A program made the translations under genes and the position numbers. From NCBI RefSeq assembly GCF_006345805.1, contig NC_043014.1, forward strand, positions 36,208,001-36,272,000: a DNA stretch of 64,000 bases, given 5' to 3'. Below, piece after piece: positions 24,980-37,882 of the stretch (position 1 is the stretch's first letter; each line of letters opens with the position of its first letter). Source of the stretch: Octopus sinensis (lineage: Eukaryota). The notes beneath the pieces were generated by a model. The model did not search any database. It worked only from the letters and a program-made list of their open reading frames with translations, and was not told where the DNA came from.

Positions 24980-25191
24980 CTTCTATCTATAAATGTTCTG
25001 ATATCTACACAGTCTTGGTTCTTTATCTCATTACGCAAAAACTTCTTATATACACACGCTGACATATAACCAACGTTGAACCCCTTATTCGCAAAATTAC
25101 CGAACCTAGAACTTAACTATGGGGTGTCTATAGCACTTATTCAGCTTTACCTGACACCTTTGGGTCTCAATGACACCATTACCTCTTATAA

Positions 25192-25228
<37 letters not shown>

Positions 25229-25478
25229 CAATAATAACTATAATAATATATAATAATAATAATAATATATATTCTCCGATTTAAAGCGACATTGATATAT
25301 ATATATATATATATATATATGGGTATACGCATGTGTGTGAGTGTGTGTGTGTGTGTGCGCATGTCTGCATATGTGTGTGCGTATAGTGCGTCTTGCGACG
25401 ATCAAAGTATGATATCTAAGACAAGAAGATCTAATACTATAACTGAAAAATGTATTATTTTACTTAATATTAACTTAC

Positions 25479-25527
25479 AGGCCGAAGTGTAAGAAGCCAT
25501 CATCAGCATCATCATAGCTAACAACAT
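25479..25527 (-). CDS. Ig gene A exon 1: signal peptide MLLAMMMLMMASYTSA
   Basis: ATG at 25527, donor gcc t|gtaagt (phase 1); hydrophobic 16-mer ending in S-A; two paralogs at 47076 and 61606. Confidence 0.85.
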
Positions 25528-25706
25528 CGTTGATCTTGAGCAACAAGTATAAAGCAAAAGGGAAAATGATCGTCGGCTCCCAGAACCTAGAAATATTACG
25601 AAAAGATGTGTCTGGTACCAAAATTGAAGTCGAAATGGCCAAACACAACAAAAAAAAAAAAAAATAGAGAGAAAAGCGCAATATATGTAAGTGGGAATGG
25701 GAGGGG

Positions 25707-26047
25707 GAGTGAAACTTGAAGTGTGAGTGAAGCTGAGATAGTTCCATCCTTCTTTTTACTTCTCTTTCTCTCTCCTCCCTCTCTCCTCCGTCTCTCTCTC
25801 TCTCTCTCTTTTGCTCCGAGAAGACAAGTAGAATATAGAGAAAACAGTTTCACAGAAAGTAAAATTCACACACACACGCACACACACATATCAATACACG
25901 CACACACACATATCAACACACGCACACACACACACACACATCAAAACGCACACACACATATCAACACACGCACACACATATCAACACACGCACACACACA
26001 TCAACACACACACACACACATCAACACACACATACACACACACGCGC

Positions 26048-26083
<36 letters not shown>

Positions 26084-26215
26084 ACATGCATACATACATA
26101 CAAATAAAGGGGGAAAATGGAAGATAGAAAAATTCAGAGTGAGGGAAGTATTGTGATTTAGAAAGAGACGCCGACTAAGAACGCGGGAGGAGAAAGTGAG
26201 GGAAAGTTGAAAGGA
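25707..26215 (-). promoter_or_regulatory. Putative core promoter / 5' region of Ig gene A
   Basis: Blocks gagtgaaacttgaagtgtgagtgaagctgagatagttccatc and gagacgccgactaagaacgcggg are kept upstream of all three signal exons. Confidence 0.5.
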
Positions 26216-26274
26216 AGTGAAAATGAGAACGAGAGATAAGGAAGAAGTTTTACAAGGAAATGTTAGAATGACAG

Positions 26275-26315
<41 letters not shown>

Positions 26316-26387
26316 AAGAGAAAGAGAAAGAAAAAAGTGAGAGAGAGAGAGAAACGGTCAAATATTTTCTTTTGTTACATTTTATTA

Positions 26388-26787
26388 TTTTACTTGTTTC
26401 AGTCATTTGACTGCGGCCATGCTGGAGCACCGCCTTCTAGTCGAGCAAATCGACCCCGGGACTTATTATTTTGTAAGCCCAGTACTTATTCTTCTATCGG
26501 TCTCTTTTGCCGAACCGCCAAGTGACGGGGACGTAAACACACCAGCATCGGTTGTCAAGCAAAGCTAGGGGGACAAACACAGACACACAAACACACACAC
26601 ACACATATATATATACATATATACGACAGGTTTCTTTCAGTTTCCGTCTACCAAATCCACTCACAAGGCATTGGTCGGCCCGGGGCTATAGCAGAAGACA
26701 CTTGCCCAAGATGCCACGCAGTGGGACTGAACCCGGAACCATGTGGTTGGTTAGCAAGCTACTTACCACACAGCCACTCCTGTGCCT
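26388..26787 (-). mobile_element. SINE family A
   Basis: Reverse-complement match to 6645-7030. Confidence 0.9.
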
Positions 26788-27080
26788 ATATTTGTTTATA
26801 TTTTTCGTAATTGATTTTTCACTATGACACTACACTGGACACTGGTTGTAGAGGCTGATCTAGCTGCCTTAACAACTTCCTAAGCTTTCTTCCGACTCGA
26901 TTGTTTAATGTGAAAGTGAATCGTTGGGAGTACTGGACTCATCAGGGTTATATGATGTCCAAGTTCCTTCTTTATTGCAGGGTCACCCAGGCAGTTGAGA
27001 AAAAAATCGAACGTTAGTGAGCAAGTATAAGTTATAAAAATTGATAAAGTGGACAGCAAACATTATTCAAGTAAGCTAAA

Positions 27081-27470
27081 TCAATATATATAAAGCTGAA
27101 GTTGTCTGTGTATCGCAAGTTTGGTAGCCTTAAACTAATACTATCTCCTCCGAGACCCTGCGGCGCAAGTTGACCAAAATTGAGAGTATGATAGAAAAAG
27201 TCTTGCTCTTCATTCCGTAGAAGATAAAATTCCAGTCGGATCATGTTAACACCAAAAATTATTTACATCAAAAAGGTGCTATTTTTTTAATGAAAATCCC
27301 TATTTTTACGATTTTTTGACAACTGTGTCGCCATTTTTCGGTGTATTTCAACCAGAAAATTGTTCACTTAAAGAGAATAACAAGCTACATAATGCAAAAG
27401 TTTTACTTTTCAAAAATTCCAATTCTAAAGGGTCGAAACAAAGCCGAGTAATGCCGGGCGATACTGCTAG
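27081..27470 (+). mobile_element. Non-autonomous Helitron
   Basis: A|TC start, subterminal hairpin-like gccgagtaatgccgggc, CTAG|T end, no TSD. Confidence 0.8.
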
Positions 27471-28166
27471 TCTATGATAAAAAGTCAGCGTACGATAAAT
27501 ATCTGTTGGGGGGGGGGGCTTCAATTGAACGGCGCGCACGGAGAGGTAAAAATTTGTTTTTGAAATAGTTTATATAGTAAGTCTGGCTGACGAGCCTTGA
27601 CTGGTGGTTCAACACAGGTGAAATCAATTGATCACAGAATTTCTATGAATTTATTTGTATTTTACTATATGTATTATTACAAATAAGAAGACTGTTTCGG
27701 AGAAATAGGCTTACTATATTCTCCGTACGTGTTTACATTTAGTGAGAGACGAGTGGTTTTGGAAGATTTTAACTCCTCTTTCAAGCAAACAGGTATTTAT
27801 CGTACCCTTACTTTTTATTATACCACAGATGGTAAGGGTTTACATAGGAAGTACTACTGATTACGCCGGGCGAAATGCTTAGCAGTATTTCGTTTGTCTT
27901 TATGTTCTGAGTTCAAATTCTGCCGAGGTCGACTTTGCCTTTCATCCTTTCGGATTCGATAAATTAAGTACCAGTTGCGTACTGGAGCCGATCTAATCGA
28001 CTGGCTCCCTACCCGAGAATTTTGGGCCTTGTGCCTAGAGTAGAAAAGATATATATATATATATACACACATTCAGGGTGTGGTGTAAGTAAGTATCATT
28101 CAAATTGAACGATTTTTTATTGGGAAATTTATAAAAAAACGATGTTTTAAATACTTTTGCTACCCA

Positions 28167-28228
<62 letters not shown>

Positions 28229-28233
28229 CATAT

Positions 28234-28840
28234 ACAGGGTGCGGTGTATAAACTGTCGCCTTAATTACGCAAAAATGAAAATAACACTGATATCTCATTT
28301 TAACAGATATATTTACCAAAATTGCCTAAAAATATCTTGAAATAATAAAGAGCAAGTATGTTCAATAAAATCGCCATTGGCTTCAACCACAGCCTCCAGA
28401 CGACTTCAGAATCTCCTGCAACTCTTCTGGACCGTCTCCTTGTTCAAGTTGGTGAATGCTGCCATAATCTTTGCCTTCAGTTCATCTCTGGTGTTACAAT
28501 GAGTTTTATGGTCTCTCGCTCAACTACACTCCACACATAATAATGAAGAGTGTTGCAGTGTGGGGAGTTAGGTGACCAGATGTTAGGGGTTATGAGGTCG
28601 CAGAAATTGTTTGACAGCCATGACTCGCTTCACCTCCATCTGTGGCATGATGCAGAGTCATGTTGTCAGATACAGGGTCGTCCAGCAGCCACCCTCTTCA
28701 CCCAGGGCAACACTACCTCCTCCACGCACTTGATGTAGACCTCCGTGTTGAGTGTGAGTGGAAGATGAATGGAAGCATAACGTCACCATCACTAGTAACC
28801 ACTCCAAATACCATGATGTTGACTGGATGTTTGATTTTTA
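28234..28840 (-). mobile_element. maT/DD37D-type Tc1/mariner relic
   Basis: KHPVNIMVFGVVTSDG, QHDSASCH...WLSNNFCDLITPNIWSPNSP, YYVWSVVE, RLEAVVEANGDFIE. Confidence 0.8.
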
Positions 28841-28992
28841 TCCCTCTCGGTACATATCTTCTCGATACTTGTCCTCAGATCCATGTCCTCGGATTGACAC
28901 GAAATGTTCGTACTGTTGTCAAACCGCGCAACATGTCATTTTCAAATTTCTGGCAGAGTGAATCGAGTCATGGGGCTGTTTTTCTCAAATAC

Positions 28993-29055
<63 letters not shown>

Positions 29056-29267
29056 GTCATTCGAAGGCTAAAACAATGCGAACGCATTGTGACCAGCGAT
29101 GTATAACTACATCTGATGGACTGGTCGGTCACGTGATGGTGATGGTGATATACACACACACATATATATATATATATAGGTTAGTACAGTTAGCGGTTGG
29201 AATGACCGTCGAAGAGATAAGAATATCCGTTTTAATACTGGTATAAATTATACAGTGTGTTCAAAAA

Positions 29268-30270
29268 GTCTCTCCGCAGTAAGTATTTTATTGCGAAATA
29301 AATATCTATAAGTTAGTATAGAACTACAAAACATTATACTAGACTTTACAAGACTTTAAAAAACTTTATAAGAGGTGTTGAAAGTGTTGTCCTTCATTTT
29401 CAGTACATAAGTTGACTCTTCTACACATGTTTTGAAATAAACCTTGGAGAGTCTGACACGTTTGGAGATTATGATTGAGGCTTTTAGCTCATTAATGGTT
29501 TTCGGGCGATTCTTGTACACTGATCCTTTACTCGCTCCCCAGTAAAAATGTCTGGCGGTGTTAAATCAGGTGATCTTGGTGGCCAAAGTCCCTTCGAAAT
29601 AATCCGTTCACCGAAAAACTCTTGAAGTAGCGCCATGATGATGCGCGAGGTATGTGTTGTAGCTCCGTCTTGTTGAAAGTGTGCATTATTAATTTCGCTT
29701 TCAGTGAGTTGGCCCACAAATGGATAGACAACATTTGAGCAATATTTCTCGGTGTTGATGGTGTCTTAAAAAAAAAATGTCGGTCCCACAATACGGTTTC
29801 TCGAAATTGCTATCCATATTCGACTTTTTCGGGATGCCAAAGTTGCTCATGCATCGCGTGTGGATTCTCAGTGCTTCATAACGTTGTGTTTTGCGAATTT
29901 ATGTGTCCCGACAGATGAAACCAAGCCTCATAGGTGTAAAAACACCCATCCAGCACTTCTATGCCTTTTTCGGCAACAACATTTTGGAACCAAGGACAAT
30001 AATGAAGCCTTTTAGCATGATCCGTAGTTTTCAATTCTTGAATGGCCAGCATTTTGTATGGAAAGAAATTTAATTTATTTTTTACTGTTGTGTGAGCACT
30101 TTGTAGGCTGATTTCCGTTTCCTGTGACAATATTGATATCCTTTTTTTTTTTACAACATTCATGTGCTATGTCTCTACGTAGATATTTATTTTCAAAAGG
30201 GGACTCATTTTCCCTTCCAAAGTTGCATCTTTTTATAACTATTATTACTTTCAGCATAACAACTATAATT
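29268..30270 (-). mobile_element. Tc1/mariner relic (WPPRSPDLTP type)
   Basis: FFPYKM..IQEL, YEAWFHLSGHINSQN, FQQDGATTH...WPPRSPDLTPPD (38 residues between the last two Asp in this copy). Confidence 0.85.
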
Positions 30271-30379
30271 ATACCCGCTATTTGACTGTTACAAATTTTA
30301 CTATTTTTATGATATTTCTATCATTATTATAATAATTAACACTGACAGAGTCTAAGTCCCTCGTTGTTCTTAGTACTTA

Positions 30380-31740
30380 TTGTTCCTGCGCATCTTCCAC
30401 GCATGAAAGCGATCTTATCTGTTAGCCTAACAGCGATTCCACTATATCTCTTATGCGTCTGTAGCAATATTGCTTTCTTCATTGCTATCTTCACTGTTTG
30501 AGAAAAATATTAAGAATGATCTCGTTTGAGATTACAAACATCTTTGGCTAGTCTAACGTTGTTGTGTCCACTATTTTGATTGGTTAGCATCTAAGCACGG
30601 TCTGTCTCTCTACTTATTTCGCGCCAGTGTGTAAACTGACCAATCACGGCTTTCGGATAGGACTTTTCATTTGAGCCATCTTAACTCTTTAAATAGGCTG
30701 ATCATATCACGATTCATGTCTTTCGGCTTAAGACCTTTTAAGGTCTTGGTCGGAGACCACACAGAGCTTACTCAACCATGTTCCAGTTCGAAAGGCAGAC
30801 GACAGCCAAGCCAACCATAATATGAAGACGCTATTGTAAACCAGCGACAGACATAACGTCATCACCATCATCGTCTCCATCTACGAAGATTTCCACTTGT
30901 ACACAAGATAAATACAGATTCAACTCATGCTGTTAGTGTGAAAATCTCACCACGGAAAAACAGTTGCAGTATATATATCTGAAAGAATATCTATATCAAG
31001 AGAAAAATATGCACAACAAGTGACTCAACTAATCTCTGCTCTGAGACTCAAATCTTGTATAGAACTCATTATCGTGTACTACATGAACTGGTAAAATAAC
31101 TCTAAAGTAACTTTATATAAACTAAAAATGTTGAGACTTCTCTTATGTTCTGTTGTATTTCTTTCGCACGCACGAACACACAGATACAAATATTATAAGC
31201 ATGCATTCATGACACAACAATACGCATCACTGTACACTGTGAAATAAATCTATCTTCTCTTTATAAAAGTAGAACGGTTTTTGGCGTCCCTTTATTCATT
31301 TACTTTGGCACTGTATATTAAACATGTATTATGGCTTATATAACATTATGTTATGATATGCTGGGATGCGGCCGGACGCTGTTGAACAAGAGGAGAAATA
31401 TGTCACCGAAACTCCTCACGCACGGTCGTATACTAACACGTCCATAGCTTATACGTGGCGTAGCAAATGGAATTACGTCCCACTCCTTTCCTACGTATTG
31501 AACAAGGCCATTTACCTGGCGGAAAGATAGTCTTATCTGCTTTCTTGGAAACAACAAATTTAATCTTTGCTAGGTTAAATTTAAGGCCCTTTGTTTCCAG
31601 GTTTCGCTTCTAAACCATGAACCTCTCCAATTTTGCTTCAGATTCTGCAATAAGAGAAAGATTATCAGCATATGACATTTCCCATGGGCACCCAATTTTG
31701 AATTCCTCTGTTATGGCCTGGAGAACTATGGTGAATAAGA
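30380..31740 (-). mobile_element. RTE-clade LINE RT relic in two pieces (about 31390-31740 and 30380-30500) separated by an insertion
   Basis: SPLLFTIVLQAITEEFKIGCPWEMSYADNL...GKWPCSIRRKGVGRNSI, then HKRYSGIAVRLTDKIAFMRGRCAG. Confidence 0.75.
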
Positions 31741-32129
31741 GTGGACTAACAATTGATTATTCTGTATTATTTCTTACTTACGTAAAAGTTTTCCCATTTT
31801 ACTATTATTCTTTTAAACTACTATGTGCAGTGTTCTGCCTATCGTAATTTATGCCACTACCTAAGGTTGTCTTTGTACTGCTGCTCCATCAGGCTCCGTT
31901 AATTAAATTATTTCTTTCCCTATTTCTTACTATCCTTGCATTTTCATCCTTTCCCTTCTATCGCTATTACTTAGAGTCAAAATATCGATTCTGCTAATGA
32001 GCCCCTCATAGTATCAGATCTGACATTTATAACCCTATTTCTACAATCGCTCTTATTGTTATTTATATCGTCATTAATTCCCCCTCTAGACTTACCATTT
32101 TCATCTTCCAATTGTGGACCTTACAATTA

Positions 32130-32515
32130 TAATAATTATTTTATAGAGTTCACGGGTTCGTGCAAGCAGGGTTGCAAACTACCTCATTACTTTGGATGTA
32201 ACTAATTTTCCTGTATATCCCACTCTAGCCAGTGCTGCCTTTTACAACCCTATTCGACATAAAGATTTCCTTGACTGCAGACGATTTTGAAATTCTATGC
32301 GAAACGTTATTAATAATAGAGTTTATAATTGCAAGGGGATGATTTGAGGATGTTCTAATGTTCCTAAAATTCTCGCTTGATTTATGGTAAGGTATATATA
32401 ATCTTACATTGAAGCTCGATATATCTAGAAAATTAACTGATCTGTTATCTGCTTCTATAGTGATGGATAAGCCAAAATTTCCGAAGAATTTAAATAACAT
32501 TTTCCTATACATTTC
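32130..32515 (-). mobile_element. Penelope-like (Naiad-type) RT C-terminal relic
   Basis: FGLSITIEADNRSVNFLD...YIPYHK...SNHPLAIINSI...RISKSS. Confidence 0.8.
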
Positions 32516-32639
32516 TAGTTCCGCTACGCTATACCTGCCAGCATAAGAGACTATGTACCTACATATAGGTGAAAATTTATTTTATGATATCTATATTGAT
32601 GCATGTGTTTGAGCGTGTATGTACACAAATATATTGTAC

Positions 32640-32932
32640 GCACACACACACACACACACGAACACACACACAAACATTCATATGATATGTTTTCAATAAC
32701 AGAAGTCAACGAGCAGTAACTGGAGAAAGCACACAAGAGAAGGTGTTGAATCTAATATTTATTTCCGGGAAAATGTGAGTTGACCGTAACTAGGAAGTTT
32801 CGCAGAAGAGGTTCATCAGGCAGTAACCTGTAAAAAAGAATGCGTTGTCAATTTAGAAAGAAACTATGTATGTATGTATGTATGTATGTATGTATGTATG
32901 TATGTATGTATGTATGTATGTATGTATGTATG

Positions 32933-32976
<44 letters not shown>

Positions 32977-32992
32977 CATCCATCTATCCATC

Positions 32993-33023
<31 letters not shown>

Positions 33024-34110
33024 CTAAGTAGGTAGGTGTGTATGTATGACTATATGTATTTGTTTATGTATGTATGTATGTATGTATGTATGTATGTATG
33101 TATGTATGTATGTATATATGTATGTATTTGTCCCTAGCCAGCGCTTGACAAACGGCTTTGCTTGTATAAGGTCCCATAAGATAGTAGTTCAGCAAAAGCG
33201 ACCGGAAGAATAAGTACCAGATTTAAAGTTAAATAGTGATGCGTATTTTTCGGTATTTCAAGGTTATGGACAAGCATGGTCGCAGTCCAATGACTGAAAC
33301 AAGTAAACGGTCTATGTCCGAAATGGTGAGATGTTCAGTGTTCGAATGCCTTGCTTGATGAATGCTGATCCAAACATGAATGAATGATAACAACAATGGG
33401 ATTTGTTAAGAAAAGCAATGCAGTAAGCACAAACTAAATCAATAATATTTTAATATAAGAATAACAAAATCACAGAAAAGAAAATGAATTATATAATACG
33501 AACCTGGTTGATTCGGTTTTTCTTTTCCGAGATACTTCATGCAGATTGCTAATAAAAAGCAGGGCTGTTGCAAATATTAAAATCTTAGTAATAATATTTG
33601 CATTATACAATTTATCTGTAACAGAGAGAGAAAATATATTCCATTATAATTTTGGTACAAGGCCAGAAATTTTGGAGAAGGAGGAAATCGACTACATCAA
33701 CTCCAGTACTCAATTGGTACTTATTTTATCGACCCCGAAAGGATGAAAAGCCAAGTTAACTTCGGTGGCGTTTGAACTCAGAAAGTAAAGCAGGATATAA
33801 TGCTGTTAAGAATTTTTCCTGCGTGCTCACGATTCTGCCAGATCTCCTCCTCAGAAAAAAAAATAATCAGGGATATTGAGAATTTACATAAACATGTATA
33901 AAAAAAGAAAAATAACTATAACAGCAGGAAAATAATTATGGCAACAGATTTCCTTACTTAGGGGGAAATGCTCACCAGTAGTACCATGGTAAATGCTTTT
34001 CTCTCTTCTATGTTACTCAAACTACAGGCGCATGCTCATTTTAGGGCAATTCACTCGCGCCATTCATTCACCGCCTAATAAATGTACTGGGAGTAAACAG
34101 CTCCCTCTCC
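32640..34110. repeat. Second copy of the 5760-7830 block, including a decayed copy of the neighbouring gene's first exon
   Basis: Colinear similarity; aagcatttaccATG present at 33987-33985 (minus) with 9 extra nt before gtgagc; GC-rich core absent. Confidence 0.8.
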
Positions 34111-34279
34111 ACGCTTACTTTCCTTCCTAAGTGAAATTTGAAAAGTCATGAGGGTTTGGTTAAAAAACAACAACAAAGAAACAAGTGTCTGCCTTCAGGC
34201 ATATCAGTCGCGTGGACAAAGTTCCGACACACGATCTCAGATCAGGTCACTTGCTACGCAAGTACATCTCCGTAATGTA

Positions 34280-34315
<36 letters not shown>

Positions 34316-35061
34316 TGTATGTATGTATATGTGTATTATATACACAAATTAAGGAGAGGCGGTAAGGTATTATAGGCCAGTAAGGCGGAGAGCTGGCAGA
34401 AACGTTAGCACGTCGGGCGCAATGCTTAGCGGTATTTCGTCTGCCGTTACGTTGTGAGTTCAAATTCCGCCGAGGTCGACTTTACCTTTCATCCTTTCGG
34501 GGTCGATAAATTAAGTACCAGTTACGCACTGGGGTCGATGTAATCGACTTAATACCTATGTCTGTCCTTGTTTGTCCCCTCTATGTTTAGCCCCTTGTGG
34601 GTAATAAAGAAATAGGTATTATAGGTCAGTAACAAAGTCTTTAGTTTTCTGTAATAATCTGTGTTCCTCCATGAGTGTGGTCTACGGGTAGTGTTTAGCC
34701 GAGCAAAGGGTATAGAGTCAAAAGATGAGATGCAGAGATGTAGCGCTCAAATAATTTGAACTTACACTCCGAAATTTTTTGTTTGCGTGTGTGTATGTGT
34801 GCTAATGTTTTCTATATTGAACATATCTGGATCTCATCTGCTGAATCATTACCCTTTGCTCAGCTGAGCGCTACCAATAGATCACACTTCTGGATATATA
34901 ATTCTTGGGCACATCTACAAGGAATATCTCAATTCCACCCTGGGATCTCTACATGAAGGTCTTACTACAGGAAACCAACGACTATATTACGGACCTTCGC
35001 CATGATAGATCGCTAGCCACTAAACCTTTTTTAATTTCTCTCCCTGTTTATTTCTGTGTTC

Positions 35062-35097
35062 CTTTCTGACGAACAGCATAGGCACGAAACGTAAAAG
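35062..35097 (+). ncRNA. Minimal type-I hammerhead-ribozyme-like motif
   Basis: cttt-CTGACGA-acagcataggcac-GAAAC-GTA-aaag: intact core, weakened stem II; same repeat family as 44815-44850. Confidence 0.5.
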
Positions 35098-35120
35098 ACT
35101 TTCTCACTTCCTGAGCGTTA

Positions 35121-35176
<56 letters not shown>

Positions 35177-35325
35177 AAGAAAATAAGGTGGCTTATTTTC
35201 TTTACTATATACTGAACCTTACAAAGGTCCTGACAATTAATTTGTCGTATTTACATACCGAAATTTACCGGTAAATAATTGTTGGTTACATGAAAAACCA
35301 CAGGAAAATTATTTACCATTTTTAT

Positions 35326-35368
<43 letters not shown>

Positions 35369-35484
35369 AAATATATATATATATCGTAGCTCTTCGCTCT
35401 GACATTTGAAACACCGAATACTATAACATATAAAAATAATTCTCTATTTCTTTAATATCAAGGTCTCATTCTTTTGTTGTTATT

Positions 35485-35528
<44 letters not shown>

Positions 35529-36167
35529 CATTCACACACTGTCGTGTGTTACTAAGTCAATTTCTACTCACACGGGGCCAATTTAACGCTTTCGCATTAA
35601 TTTAGTTTTAGCTCAATCTTAATTTGCACTTACATTTTGACATAAATTAATCGAAGTCTTGTTCAATAGAAAAATTTATGATAAAAGATGTTGGACTAAA
35701 AACGTTAGTATAGTTATTTAAAAGAAAAACTATACTTGGATTATAACTATTTAAAAGAACTCAATGTGTAGAATCATTTGGTGAAAACTTTGTTAAAAGA
35801 TAGAGAAAACTTATGCAACTTTAAGTGATAAAAAGTGATAATTTGTTGTTAGGTTTTTATTTGTTTACACCTACGTTCGGAGAGTGACTGCTGTGACAAC
35901 TGACTACTACTGTTATAAAATGCTTGGGATTTGAATGGGTTAACGGACCTACATAACTGGGCATTTTTCAGACGGTTTTTCTTACGAAGATGGGCCCTTG
36001 CGACTAAAATATAATGGACTTTTGAACTTACCGCTTGTTGGAAGCTCTCTATTTTCTCTCATTTCACATTCTTCGATATCACAATGTTCAAGCAAACCAC
36101 AACGCTCTTATTGCCCTAAAAATATTTTGTCATTCCCTTAGCATTATTATTATCTATTTTTTCTTTA

Positions 36168-36600
36168 TATATCAAGGTCATCCCATGAATTCTGTCCAAT
36201 TTTACCTTTTTAAAATTGAATGAAATTTACTAGCATTTTAGAATGTCTAATGGAATTTAAAATTATTTTTATGCATTTGTGTACATTTAAACTAATTAAA
36301 TATTATTTTACAGAATAATAGAATTAAAATTTCTTTGATGAAAACCCTTTCTAACATGGAAGTATCCAAAGAGCATTTAAGGCACATAATGCTTTATGAG
36401 TACAAAAAAGGAAACTCTGCAGCCGAAGCGACTCGAAACATACACTCAGTTTATGGGAAAGAATGCTTGAATGAAAAGAACTTGCAGAAGATGGTTTGCA
36501 AAATTCAGAAGTGGAGATTTCAGCCTTGAAGATGAAGATCGAACAGGACGTCCAATTGAGTTTGATGATAAGCTCCTTGAAGCATTACTTGGAGAAAATC
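36168..36600 (+). mobile_element. Mariner 5' half (left TIR + HTH region)
   Basis: ggtcatcccatgaat terminus; MEVSKEHLRHIMLYEYKKGNSAAEATRNI...RRWFAKFRSGDFSLEDEDRTGRP. Confidence 0.9.
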
Positions 36601-37076
36601 TTTATAAGAATTTATCAAGTAGCGTGAAAAACCTCATAAGAGAAAAAACATAATTTTTTCTCTTAAATATATTCATTTATATTATATAGAGGGCATTACT
36701 ATACATAAATGCTACACGCTATGAGGGACTCTTAAAGTAAAAACTACTAAAATAAATAAACACATAGTATCGAATGCGAAGGAATGCAACTGTCGAAGTG
36801 AGCCTTTTAAAAACAGAATTCAGTTCCAAATCACATGATTTCACAATTCGTGCAGAAATGCACATTTTAATCATCAGTGCAAGCATAATTCAAGATTTAT
36901 AACGAATGAACAAAAATCAACATACCAGATGCACATCCAATGTATCCAGCGTAGCATATACAAATGTTCAATCTTTATACATCTATGTAAAAGACGGGCT
37001 TTTTCGAATTGCAACATGTTTATTATGAATAGCAATTCAGTACTGAACATACCCCGGTTAAATTTACAATTTAAAA

Positions 37077-37120
<44 letters not shown>

Positions 37121-37189
37121 ATAATATATATATATATAAAGTCCTCGCCCCCTCCCCAACAGTGTCATGTATATGAACGCACTCATGAA

Positions 37190-37495
37190 CGCGAATTAAG
37201 TATATGGATACATACAAATGTAGAGGCGATTAACATATAGGTATGAGGAACCTCTTTAGGGAATTTCGACCTGCGAAAAATAGCAGAGAAATCGCCATCA
37301 TTTCTCATACGCTGTCTTAAAAGAAAAAAATGGGCAGATTTGATATTACAGTCCTCAGTGTACTATGATTTAAAAAACATCGGAATGTATTTGGTCATAG
37401 GTCTACTCAATCTCAATCAAATCCATCATCAAAGACTTGAGACAAAATAGCAGCGACAAAATTAACAAGAAGCGGTAAAAGCGTTAATCAAAGTA
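37190..37495 (-). mobile_element. RLE-type retroelement relic 3' of Ig gene B exon 3
   Basis: Colinear with 16900-17235 and 53480-53740. Confidence 0.6.
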
Positions 37496-37504
37496 ACACA
37501 CACA

Positions 37505-37575
<71 letters not shown>

Positions 37576-37583
37576 CTTACCTG

Positions 37584-37882
37584 CTAAATGAGTTTTTCAG
37601 TGATTGTTTTACCGCCCAGAAAACATGAAATGCTTGTTGTGCCATTATACGTCTTTTCTAAAGTATAATTATACACTGATACTGCTGCAGTGAAACACTT
37701 GCCATAATGTGTGATATGTTGAAACCTTTCAAAAACATCTACTCCAAATTTTGTTCTTACAAACCATATAAAATAAGCTTCACGAAGTGGTGCACCGACA
37801 TATGCAGTACATCTCAAGAACATTGTCTTGCCCTTTTCAGCAGGTGGGTTAAGAACTTGCAGCTTGTTTATGTAAGATCTCG
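37584..37882 (-). CDS. Ig gene B exon 3: C2-set-like Ig domain ending in TAG
   Basis: Acceptor ttcttttcag|cg; ARSYINKLQVLNPPAEKGKTMFLRCTAYVGAP...WF...GKCFTAAVSVYNYTLEKTYNGTTSISCFLGGKTITEKLI*; donor cag|gtaagt 3 nt after the stop. Confidence 0.88.

Noticed and set aside
25475-25747. 90-aa ORF MELSQLHSHF... and its paralogs (47193-47519, 61657-61938)
   Set aside because: These overlap the 5' region in a frame other than the signal peptide; lengths and frames are not conserved among paralogs.
33970-33987. Idea that the duplicated ATG exon splices onto Ig gene A exon 2 to make a chimera
   Set aside because: The ATG exon ends in phase 0 and the Ig exons start in phase 1, so the frame would not be preserved.
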